DNA of 64,000 bases from an uncultured Gammaproteobacteria bacterium (GTDB taxonomy: Bacteria > Patescibacteriota > Microgenomatia > Daviesbacterales > UBA10151), in contig CAZVEX010000004.1 of the NCBI GenBank assembly GCA_964625535.1, forward strand, positions 38,166 through 102,165. Reading direction: 5' to 3'. Of the stretch, positions 28,149-36,955 are shown piece after piece (position 1 is the stretch's first letter; the number at the start of each line of letters is the position of its first letter). Both the position numbers and the translations under genes were made by a program. The notes beneath the pieces were generated by a model, which searched no databases, was not told the origin of the DNA, and saw only the letters and a list, made by a program, of their open reading frames with translations.

Positions 28149-30701
28149 TTACAGTGCTACGGTGACGCCGATGGAAGTGGAATGGGTGGCGTTGTTTTGA
28201 TCCTCCAGGGTGGCGGTAATGGTGTGCGAGCCTTTATCACCCTCGGGAAACTCCACATGCAGGGCAAAGGGGCCGGAAGTTAAAGTTGATTTTTCCCCTC
28301 CGTCAATTAACCAGGTCACTTTTTTCACTCCCGCAGGGGAGTTGACCGAAGCCAGCACATCAAACACCCTGGGTACATTAGCCCCGTTTGACACATTGAC
28401 TATCTCGATTACTCCGCCTCCGCTGGAAAATCCGGGTACTCCGGAACAACCTTTACTGGCTCCCACAAACCTGGGATCGGGCGCAGTCAAAACCCACTCG
28501 TCAATGCCTTTTTGCCAGAGATTGGCGCCTGTGGGATCATTTTCCTGCAACACCACCACATCTTTTTCATCCGACTCTTCTCCGTCATTGGCTAATCTGT
28601 GTGGATTAGTTCGACAAACCTTGCCGCGCTGATAGCCGGAAGATTCACCCTTGGGCTCCGTCCCTCTGATAAAATACTCTTTTCTGGTGGGAGAGCCGCC
28701 ATGAGGGGTACCTGTCAGCAACCCGTCCACATCCATTTGCACCACATTTCCGGGCCGCTCAAAAGCTTCATTGGGTTTATCTTTTAAAACTTCCCTCATG
28801 ATTCGGTTCCAGATGGGGGAAGCTCCGGTCACGCCCGAGGCAATTTTGGGATCAAGAGGGGTGTTGTCATTGTTTCCCACCCACACGCCGGCCACATAGG
28901 AAGGGGTGTACCCTACTGTCCAATTATCTCTTTTTTCATCGGTGGTACCGGTTTTAACAGCCACTGTTTTGCCAGCTACATTCAAGATGGAATTTGCTCC
29001 AAATACGGCGGTTCTGGCGCCGTTATCGGATAAAATATCGGAAACAATAAAGCTTATCCCTTCGTCCAACACTTTTCGCCCCTCCGAGGGCTTATATTCA
29101 AAAAGAGTTTTTCCACTTGAGTCTGTCACTTTTAGAATAGATATCGGATCGTGCTGGCGGCCCTTGTCGGCCAAAGTACCAAAAGCCACAGCCAAATCCA
29201 GCAGCCTCACTTCCCTTCCACCCAGAGTCAGGGAAAGTCCCACAGAGGCAACATTTTCTTCAGACGGTTCCCAGGATAAAAGCCCCATCCGGTAACCCAA
29301 CTCCATCACATCTTTAACTCCGTTTAAAGCCAGCATTTTGACTGCCGGCACGTTTAAGGAGTTGCCCAGGGTGTAGCGTACCTGCATGGGGCCGCGGTAT
29401 TGGCCGTCGTAATTTACCGGCACGTACTTTGGTTTGTTCCCTCCAGGAAATTCGGTTTTGACATCCAATATGGTAAAGTTGGCCGTGTAGCCTTTTTCCA
29501 AACCTTTGGCATAATTAACCGGTTTGGTGGCCGAACCGGGCTGGCGCAAAGACAGGGCGGCATTAACATTGGGCTCAAAAGTGCAACTTTTTCCCTCAAG
29601 GCAACCTTCCGGCTCGGACTTGCCAAAATAATCCTTTGAACCTACCAGAGCCAAAATTTGCCCAGTTTTAGCATCCAAAACAACAGATGAAGCATTGCCC
29701 ACCTTGCTGCTTTTGAGTTTTTCCACCTCTTCTTTGACTATTTTCTGGGCCTCTGCCTGCAAGCTATAATCCAAAGCAGTAGTCACCTTCAAGCCCCCCT
29801 GTTCTACCAGCACATCTCCAAATTGTTCGATCAGTTTTTCCTTGACATAAAGCACAAAGTGAGGGGCTTTAAAACCTACTTCGTTTTGGGCGGTTCTGTA
29901 AGTTAAAAGCGCTTCCTTTGCCTGATCTGCCTGCTCCTCGGAAATATAGCCGTCCTCTACCATCCGTCTAAGAACCGCTTCCTGACGGACTTTGGCCAGT
30001 TCCGGTTTTGAGCCGTAAGGGGAATAAACTGAAGGGCGTTGAGGTAGTCCTGCCAAAAGGGAAGCTTCTGCCAGATTCAAATCTTTGGCCGATTTTCCAA
30101 AATACAAATTGGCAGCCGCCTCAATTCCATAAGCCGTACCTCCATAAGGAATCTCGTTTAAATACATCTCCAAAATTTGATCTTTGGAGTATACTCTTTC
30201 CACCTGGATGGCCAGAATAAATTCCTTGAACTTGCGGGTGATGGTCCGCTCGCCCGATAACAGGGCATTTTTGATCAGCTGTTGAGTCAGGGTGGAGCCT
30301 CCTTCTACCCGGCGGTGAAATATCAAATCAAATATTGACCTGGTAATGCCGGCCATGGAAAAACCCGAATGCTGGTAAAAATCTTTATCCTCAATGGCAA
30401 TGGTGGCTTGTTTGACATGCTCGGGAATATCTTCCAGTTTGATGGGGGTACGGTTTTGGTTTTGGTAAATGTCATAAAGAAGCTCACCGTTGCGGTCATA
30501 AATTTTGGTGGCCTGGGCCACTTCGCGGTTAGTCAAATCTTGCGGGGAGGGTATTTGGGTGGCAAAAAAAATCACCGTGGAAAAAAGCAAAAGCAAAAAT
30601 CCGATTACCAAAAGCAGCATCCAGTTGGATAAATTGGATAAAAGTTTAATGCGGCCAATTTTGAAGCCTTCTTTCCTTAGTTTCCACGACCCCAATGCCA
30701 T
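28149..30701 (-). CDS. Class A penicillin-binding protein (PBP1A family) with a C-terminal Ig-like domain
   Basis: EDKDFY.H, GGSTLTQQL, RKFKE; SxxK (GSATKP), SLN, KTGT; C-terminal beta-sandwich. Confidence 0.95.
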   Translation of the reverse strand: MALGSWKLRKEGFKIGRIKLLSNLSNWMLLLVIGFLLLLFSTVIFFATQIPSPQDLTNREVAQATKIYDRNGELLYDIYQNQNRTPIKLEDIPEHVKQATIAIEDKDFYQHSGFSMAGITRSIFDLIFHRRVEGGSTLTQQLIKNALLSGERTITRKFKEFILAIQVERVYSKDQILEMYLNEIPYGGTAYGIEAAANLYFGKSAKDLNLAEASLLAGLPQRPSVYSPYGSKPELAKVRQEAVLRRMVEDGYISEEQADQAKEALLTYRTAQNEVGFKAPHFVLYVKEKLIEQFGDVLVEQGGLKVTTALDYSLQAEAQKIVKEEVEKLKSSKVGNASSVVLDAKTGQILALVGSKDYFGKSEPEGCLEGKSCTFEPNVNAALSLRQPGSATKPVNYAKGLEKGYTANFTILDVKTEFPGGNKPKYVPVNYDGQYRGPMQVRYTLGNSLNVPAVKMLALNGVKDVMELGYRMGLLSWEPSEENVASVGLSLTLGGREVRLLDLAVAFGTLADKGRQHDPISILKVTDSSGKTLFEYKPSEGRKVLDEGISFIVSDILSDNGARTAVFGANSILNVAGKTVAVKTGTTDEKRDNWTVGYTPSYVAGVWVGNNDNTPLDPKIASGVTGASPIWNRIMREVLKDKPNEAFERPGNVVQMDVDGLLTGTPHGGSPTRKEYFIRGTEPKGESSGYQRGKVCRTNPHRLANDGEESDEKDVVVLQENDPTGANLWQKGIDEWVLTAPDPRFVGASKGCSGVPGFSSGGGVIEIVNVSNGANVPRVFDVLASVNSPAGVKKVTWLIDGGEKSTLTSGPFALHVEFPEGDKGSHTITATLEDQNNATHSTSIGVTVAL

Positions 30702-30821
30702 ATAGAGAAATTATAGCAGAAAACTTAACTTAAATTTCCAACTTTCCAACTCAACACATCGGAAGTGTTCAGTAATACAAGCATATTTGATTTTTAATAT
30801 ATTATATCCTATAATATATTT

Positions 30822-31790
30822 ATGGTAGATTTTGAACAAACAATAAGTAGGCGTGCTTTTTTGCGCTATACGGGAGTTACTAGCTTAGTTTTTGGAAGCC
30901 TATTTTCACCCGCATGTCGTAGCCTGATACCAATGGTTCAAGGGGAAACCCCCAACCACGAATTAGATAAAAATCTTGAGGACGAATTTAAAATTAGACT
31001 CATGACCCTAAGGGATTATTACAGGGAGTTAGGTTTAGAATACCCTGAACACCAATCATATTTAAGGACAGTTCCTCAAGAATGGGACGAAAGAAGATTG
31101 CAACTTTTAAAAGAAGGGCTTTTGGTTTTGCCTAAACACTTTTATCAAGATGAAAATGCCAACGACAGGATGGGTTTTATTTTATCATTCTCTAATGCAG
31201 CCGGAAGAGTAATTGATCAACCGGCCCTGATGGCTCGACACATAGAGGTAGCCCATGAAGAATTTAATGATCCGTCAATTAAGGAGCCTGTTGATATATT
31301 AGCTCATGAACTTATCCACCTACAGGTCCCGCTTACCCTAGAGCCATCCGGAATAATAGTTAATGATTTTATCACCGGTAAACCGTTTGAAGTTTTTACA
31401 AAGAGATCCCCTTGGTTTGAAGAAGTTGAGGATATTTTAGGTGGACCATTTTCCCAAATTTATGCTAAACCACTGGCTAAAATACAGGCTCTTCAAAGAA
31501 CAATTCCAAGTATGCCTAATCTCGAATATAGAGATCGAGCCTACTTTTATAATAGTCTGGCTTATGGTTTTGAAGCAGCTGTTGATCCATTCGAGCTTAT
31601 CTCTGTAATGGGAGTCCACTTTTTACATGGGAGGACTTATTTCCAAACAAGATATAGTGAAGTTCTTTCTGAGACGATGGCTGAAAAGCTGTATGATTTT
31701 ATTAAAAACAGGGTTTACAGAAACCAACAAGAGTACGAGAGGTTTCCGCTTCCAAGTTACCTTCATCCACGTTATCCACTAGTACCTTAA
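30822..31790 (+). CDS. Hypothetical exported protein with an HExxH motif (possible zinc metallopeptidase)
   Basis: SRRAFL followed by a hydrophobic segment and Cys; ILAHELIH; downstream E in FELIS. Confidence 0.55.
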   Translation: MVDFEQTISRRAFLRYTGVTSLVFGSLFSPACRSLIPMVQGETPNHELDKNLEDEFKIRLMTLRDYYRELGLEYPEHQSYLRTVPQEWDERRLQLLKEGLLVLPKHFYQDENANDRMGFILSFSNAAGRVIDQPALMARHIEVAHEEFNDPSIKEPVDILAHELIHLQVPLTLEPSGIIVNDFITGKPFEVFTKRSPWFEEVEDILGGPFSQIYAKPLAKIQALQRTIPSMPNLEYRDRAYFYNSLAYGFEAAVDPFELISVMGVHFLHGRTYFQTRYSEVLSETMAEKLYDFIKNRVYRNQQEYERFPLPSYLHPRYPLVP

Positions 31791-31846
31791 GAAGTAAAAA
31801 CTTTAATTACTGCAAATACAATTCTACTTAGGTATAATTAGGTTAT

Positions 31847-31929
31847 CCGGAGGTGGCAGAGTAGTCAATTGCACCAGACTGTAAATCTGGCGGGTTTTCC
31901 CTACGGAGGTGCGAATCCTCCCCTCCGGA
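31847..31929 (+). tRNA. tRNA-Tyr(GTA) with C1:G72 and a long variable arm
   Basis: Acceptor CCGGAGG/CCTCCGG, A73; anticodon loop CTGTAAA; V-arm GGG-TTTT-CCC. Confidence 0.93.
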
Positions 31930-32016
31930 CATTAGTTTGGACTGTTAGGACAGTATAAACGATTTAATCAAATATAGGAATTATTATCACTAGGAACTAG
32001 GTGATATAATTACTCT

Positions 32017-32313
32017 ATGGGAATATTTCGTAGGAGAGAATCCGAAGTTGGTGCTGAGATTAAAGAGGAACCTAAACCTTTCAATCTTGAATGGGTTATT
32101 CAAGGAAGTAGTCATATAGCTCAGCTTTCTGTTAATAGAGAACACCCTCTTATTAAGAAGAGTGATAATGTTTTTAAAGATATGCTGACTCCTGGTTTAC
32201 AAGAGATTGAAGATCAGGGATATACAATATTATCTATAGCACCTACTTTTATAGATCCGGGTAACGGTGAAGCATTAGATTACGTAATTGTTGCACAACC
32301 ATCTCCTAAATAA
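32017..32313 (+). CDS. Hypothetical protein
   Basis: 98-aa ORF; TGaTATAAT 6 nt before the ATG. Confidence 0.55.
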   Translation: MGIFRRRESEVGAEIKEEPKPFNLEWVIQGSSHIAQLSVNREHPLIKKSDNVFKDMLTPGLQEIEDQGYTILSIAPTFIDPGNGEALDYVIVAQPSPK

Positions 32314-32496
32314 ATCCAAGTATATTCCATTTTATGCTCTCAATTAACTTTCGTATTGTTCCAGCTTGACGGTGGAAAAAGAGTTTTACAAAGACAACTG
32401 ACTATATATACTTAATTCTTCAAATGATAAATTAGGTATTAAGGTCCGACTAACGTTTACCAGGTGGACAATTTAATTTTAGACTACCACAACAGT

Positions 32497-33123
32497 CTAA
32501 CCAGAATAGGATACAGGAATAACTCGTTCTAAAATATCAACAATCTCTTGATTAAAAATCCTATCTCTACCTTTTGGCAAAACAAAATCTTCTAATAAAG
32601 CTGCACCATGAATTCCAATAGTCGCATCTGTTTCTAAAGTGGATGCCTCAATTTCATCCGCATAATCGTAAAGCCCTGGGATCCGGGGAATTACTGCCAC
32701 CCTCATCGGGCCAACTAAAAAAGTTCCTTCACTAACGTAACTAAGAGTCCAATAATAATCACCTCGTTGACACATCATTTGCAGAAGATTAACAGGTTCA
32801 GGAGATATCGAGTCTAATTTTTTAGGACTATCCGCAACGGGTAACCCCGCTTTTTTTAAGGCATTCATTAACGCTTGAGTTGCCTTAGGATTTGTAAACT
32901 CAAAGCTATCGGTAGCATAGTGATAAGGTACAAAAGCAATACCGACTTTTTCTCCAGTTTGCCTCATTTTAGCTAATTCTTCTAATCTTGGTAACATCAT
33001 ATTCCTAGCAGCCAAACCCAAATAATAAATACTTGGTACCACAGGAACTACCACCTCTTGTCCCTTATAAGAGAATCTCATTTTTTCAACTCCGTTAGGA
33101 AGTCCAAAATCTCGATCTAGCAT
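32497..33123 (-). CDS. Hypothetical protein
   Basis: 208-aa ORF; TTGACA..TAAAAT upstream. Confidence 0.6.
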   Translation of the reverse strand: MLDRDFGLPNGVEKMRFSYKGQEVVVPVVPSIYYLGLAARNMMLPRLEELAKMRQTGEKVGIAFVPYHYATDSFEFTNPKATQALMNALKKAGLPVADSPKKLDSISPEPVNLLQMMCQRGDYYWTLSYVSEGTFLVGPMRVAVIPRIPGLYDYADEIEASTLETDATIGIHGAALLEDFVLPKGRDRIFNQEIVDILERVIPVSYSG

Positions 33124-33187
33124 AGGAGCATTTTATATTTAAAGAATACTAATGTCAAACCACTATAAGTCCTAAACCAGAGGACTC

Positions 33188-34963
33188 TTATTTTCCCTGC
33201 AGGAAATTCAGAAGAAGTTGGAGAAGACCTCTGGCAGTGGATACTCCATAAGTCATGCCGCTGGGAGGAGTGTAGCTCCTACCGCCACCGCCTCCCGAAT
33301 CCCCTGATGGTTGGGATGGTTGAGATGGCTCTGATGGTTGGGATGGTTGAGATGGTTGGGATGGTTGTTGCGGTTCGGATGGTTGGGAAGGAGGCGTGTA
33401 TGATTCTGTTGAGGGAGGAGTGTAAGTACCGGTGCTCGGTGGAGTGTAGTCCGCCGGCGGGGTGTAAGTGCTGCTGCCACCTGATCCGGAGTAGCCAGAT
33501 GGCGGGGTATAGCCGGGTGGCGGTGAATAGCCGGATTGGGGAGTAGTATAAGTAGTTGTGCCCCCACCCGGGCTGCTGCACTGACAACTGGATCCTGTCC
33601 AGGAACAACCCGGTGTCCTACCACAATCCGCTGCCGGATCGCCGCTGTATCCCCCAGAAGATCCACCGCTTCCCGGCGGCCCTCCATAGGGAGGAGCAGA
33701 ACCTTCCGGACTTGGCATATAGACTGGAGGTGTGTAGGCTCTCACCATAGCGCTGGTACACTCACAACTAGAACCGGTCCAAGAACAGCCGTACCTGCCG
33801 CATTCCGCAGCCGGATCAGGAGCTCTGTCTCCATAATAATATCCTCCGTACTGTCCGTAAGTCTGTTGGGAAGCCTGGTCTGCGGGCGGTCGGCATTTAT
33901 CCGGATTGCTTCTGCAAAAATCTTCAAACTCGCTGCGCTGTTCGGAGTTTCCAAACATACTTGGCTGGCCGGGTTGGCATTTATCCGGATTGCTGGCGCA
34001 GAATCCGGAATATTCCTGCGCTTTTTGGGCCGTTTCCCTTGTTTCACCATAATATCCGCACTGACAAGAACTTCCCGCCCAGGAACAATTGGGAGTCCTG
34101 TTGCACATATCCGTAGGATCATACCTTTGAGGAATCACGCCACCCTCACCCAACTCACCTCGGTATCCGCAATCAGCCGGATTTTGCTGACAATAAGAAA
34201 AACATGAAGCCGGATCGCTGCATCCTCCCGGACCCGTAAAAGTGCCGCCTGAAACTTCTTGGAAGCCAGAACATATCTGGAAATTGTTGGGGTCGGAACA
34301 AAAAGATCTGCATGTTCCCTCGCTCGCACACCCCCCAGGCCCCACCTGTCGCTCTCCTCCCCGCAAACCCACCTCTTCGGCAAAAGATTTACACTTACTA
34401 ATGTTTTCCTGCTGCAGGCAAAAGCTTTGGCAGGAACTGGCAGAATCGCAGCCTAAAACTTCCCTGGCTTTATCAATAATTTGACTGCTTCCCGGATCAT
34501 CAATCACTCCTCCCACTATTCCCTGGGATCTGGCAAAGGAATTACAGGTGTCGAAATTGGCCGGCACCTCGCAAAAGTTTAAACAGGCTTCATACGAGTC
34601 GCACCCCAACCGCTTTTTGGCCTCATCCAGAATTTTATCTTTTTCCGTTATGACCGGGTCATCCTGATAAAAACCTTTTTGTTTACCGTAGCTGATGCAG
34701 GATTCGCTGTTGACCGGATCCTCGCAAAAGTTGCGGCAGTCATTGTAATTTTGGCAGTTGCCCAGATCGGCAATCGGAAAATTCACCCCGTAAATTTTGG
34801 CCCGAACTTCCGGATCGACATATTGACCCGTACCTTCTTCAAAATCATCAATGCCATTATTATTATCATCAACAAAAGGGTGGGAGGGAGAAACTAAAAT
34901 ATTGGTTTGACCCAGAAGAGCCAGAAAAAAAACTATCACAAAACCGGCAATGCGTAATTTCAT
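33188..34963 (-). CDS. Secreted Cys-rich repeat protein with a Pro/Ser/Tyr-rich tail
   Basis: Signal peptide; DDNNNGIDD; repeated Cys modules; YTPP and QPS repeats. Confidence 0.85.
   Translation of the reverse strand: MKLRIAGFVIVFFLALLGQTNILVSPSHPFVDDNNNGIDDFEEGTGQYVDPEVRAKIYGVNFPIADLGNCQNYNDCRNFCEDPVNSESCISYGKQKGFYQDDPVITEKDKILDEAKKRLGCDSYEACLNFCEVPANFDTCNSFARSQGIVGGVIDDPGSSQIIDKAREVLGCDSASSCQSFCLQQENISKCKSFAEEVGLRGGERQVGPGGCASEGTCRSFCSDPNNFQICSGFQEVSGGTFTGPGGCSDPASCFSYCQQNPADCGYRGELGEGGVIPQRYDPTDMCNRTPNCSWAGSSCQCGYYGETRETAQKAQEYSGFCASNPDKCQPGQPSMFGNSEQRSEFEDFCRSNPDKCRPPADQASQQTYGQYGGYYYGDRAPDPAAECGRYGCSWTGSSCECTSAMVRAYTPPVYMPSPEGSAPPYGGPPGSGGSSGGYSGDPAADCGRTPGCSWTGSSCQCSSPGGGTTTYTTPQSGYSPPPGYTPPSGYSGSGGSSTYTPPADYTPPSTGTYTPPSTESYTPPSQPSEPQQPSQPSQPSQPSEPSQPSQPSGDSGGGGGRSYTPPSGMTYGVSTARGLLQLLLNFLQGK
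33305..33390. repeat. 9-bp tandem repeat (GATGGTTGG/A) encoding QPS/EPS
   Basis: Directly visible tandem units inside the Cys-rich gene. Confidence 0.85.
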
Positions 34964-35208
34964 TTTGTTTGCTTTAATGCGTCAAAGGGATTTTTGTAAG
35001 AGGCAAAAGGATTAACATACTGGGCATTCTTATCAAACGGGTTTTGATACTGGGTTTGCAGAGAAACTGTTGGTTCTTTCCGAACACCTGGCAGGGATTT
35101 TAGAGGATTTTTAATGATTTTTTGAGAGATAAGGATAAATAAAACTGCCGCTACTATAAGTAGTAGCAGCAGGGGAGCGACTAGGGCAATTACTCCTTTT
35201 TGATTCAT
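34960..35208 (-). CDS. Small membrane protein with a pilin-like N-terminus
   Basis: MNQKG followed by a hydrophobic helix; C-terminal Y.NPF repeated three times; coupled to the Cys-rich gene. Confidence 0.7.
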   Translation of the reverse strand: MNQKGVIALVAPLLLLLIVAAVLFILISQKIIKNPLKSLPGVRKEPTVSLQTQYQNPFDKNAQYVNPFASYKNPFDALKQTK

Positions 35209-35241
35209 TAACTTATTATGGACATAAGAAGTAAAACTTTG

Positions 35242-36081
35242 TCAAGTCTTCCATCTGCTGGCAGGAGTTTGAACCCGGCCCAGTTTCTGGCCAATTTTTA
35301 AAACCCAAGATAAAAGAAAATAATACAGCTTACCATGATAATGGATGGCGGCTTTTTGCAAAAGCTCTTGGGATTTATCCACCCCGATAGTTTTGGAGGC
35401 GGCTCCGTGATGATGAATAAATTTGGCAGAGGGGACAAAATAGACGGGGACGCCATACCTTTTTAATCTTCTGGCATATTCAATATCTTCAAAATAGATA
35501 AAAGTCCCTTCATCAAGTAAACCTACCTTATTAATAATCTTTCTGGGAATCAAATAGCAGGCCATGACCAAACCTTCAACTTGGGTAGGGTTTTCCCCTT
35601 GGGGTTGAAACATAAAATATGAGCCAGAACGGCCTAAAAAATATTCCTTGAAAGCACCGGTTATCGTGGGAAGATGAAAGGCGGAATCCTGCTTTGATCC
35701 GTCGGGAAAAACCAATTTTCCGCCCAAAACAGCTTCTTCTTGAAATGATTCTCCCCATTTTAACATTTGCGATAAACTGTTTTTCGCAACTTCAATATCG
35801 GAATTAAGCAGTAAAATATATTGACCTTGGGAAAATTTAATCGTTTTGTTATAGCCCTTGGAAAAACCCTCGTTTTCTTTATTTTGTAAATATTTAACTC
35901 TGGGGAGATAATCTTTAATGATCTTTTGACACTGATCTTTTGAACCATTATCCACCACAATCACTTCCATAGTTTTTTCATCAAACCCGGACTCTTTTTC
36001 GAAAATGCTTTGCAAAAGTTTTTTGGTTAAGCGGGCAGTATTGTAATTAACAATGCCAATGGAAAGTTTAAGAGAATACAT
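35242..36081 (-). CDS. GT2 glycosyltransferase (WbbL/rhamnosyltransferase-like)
   Basis: VNYN, VVDNGS, LLNSD, FIYFED. Confidence 0.92.
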   Translation of the reverse strand: MYSLKLSIGIVNYNTARLTKKLLQSIFEKESGFDEKTMEVIVVDNGSKDQCQKIIKDYLPRVKYLQNKENEGFSKGYNKTIKFSQGQYILLLNSDIEVAKNSLSQMLKWGESFQEEAVLGGKLVFPDGSKQDSAFHLPTITGAFKEYFLGRSGSYFMFQPQGENPTQVEGLVMACYLIPRKIINKVGLLDEGTFIYFEDIEYARRLKRYGVPVYFVPSAKFIHHHGAASKTIGVDKSQELLQKAAIHYHGKLYYFLLSWVLKIGQKLGRVQTPASRWKT

Positions 36082-36955
36082 AATCTAAAACTCCTCTTCT
36101 TTGGGCAGGTCTGCCAAAAATAAATAATTTTACTGCCTCTCTAAGCAGCGCAAATTTAGTTCTGAAGTTTCCATACTTCATCCCAAAAAATAATCTGTTT
36201 CTGGTGTGATAATAATCCGTGATTGCAGAACCTACCCCTGTTGATTGGGAAACTTTATGATAAATTGCCACACTACCATTGTAAAACTTTCTAAACCCCT
36301 CATCAGATGCTCTCTTGACAAAATCGCTATCCTCAAAATATAAGAAATACTTTTCATCAAATAATCCAATTTTCTCAAAGACCTTTTTTTTGATCAAAAT
36401 ACAAGCTCCGGTTATTAAATCTGTTTCTTCCGCATTGTTATATTGACCCTTATCTATCTCATCTATTCCGCGGTGCACTGATCTAATATTATCCCAATCA
36501 AACTTACCTCCTGCATACCAGATTACTTTGCCTTGATCATTTTTTGCATATCTATCTTTATGAAACTCAAACCCTGCAGCAAAATAAATTTTGGGAGAAA
36601 CCAAGCCAATGTTTTTATCCGCCTGGGCTGTTTTGATTAACTCTTCAAGTAAATTGGCATCTTTAATCAAACAATCATTATTCATAATAAGGAAGTAATC
36701 CGCTCCCCAAATTCTCGCGTATTCTATGCCGCGGTTGTACCCTCCGGCAAAACCTAAATTTTGCCCGTTTTGCAAAACCAGAACTTCCGGATAATTTTTA
36801 ACCAGTTCTTCAACCAGTCCATCCGTTGAACCATTATCAACTACGACAGTCTTCAGCTCGCAGTCTTTCGTCTTCAGCTTTTTTAAGGATTCAAGAAATT
36901 CTAATGTATCTTTTTTACCGTTATAATTTACCGTAATTATTGCTAACTTAGTCAT
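36068..36955 (-). CDS. GT2 glycosyltransferase
   Basis: VNYNG, VDNGSTD, NLGFAGGYN, NND, FLYFED. Confidence 0.92.
   Translation of the reverse strand: MTKLAIITVNYNGKKDTLEFLESLKKLKTKDCELKTVVVDNGSTDGLVEELVKNYPEVLVLQNGQNLGFAGGYNRGIEYARIWGADYFLIMNNDCLIKDANLLEELIKTAQADKNIGLVSPKIYFAAGFEFHKDRYAKNDQGKVIWYAGGKFDWDNIRSVHRGIDEIDKGQYNNAEETDLITGACILIKKKVFEKIGLFDEKYFLYFEDSDFVKRASDEGFRKFYNGSVAIYHKVSQSTGVGSAITDYYHTRNRLFFGMKYGNFRTKFALLREAVKLFIFGRPAQRRGVLDYVFS

Noticed and set aside
31930-33187. Possible integrative island at tRNA-Tyr
   Set aside because: AT-rich orphans are present, but no integrase and no duplicated tRNA 3' end (att site) was found.
33253-34897. Many overlapping alternative ORFs and a CRISPR-like look of the repeats
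   Set aside because: These arise from the GC-rich, low-complexity coding repeats of the Cys-rich protein. There is no constant repeat with unique spacers and no cas gene.
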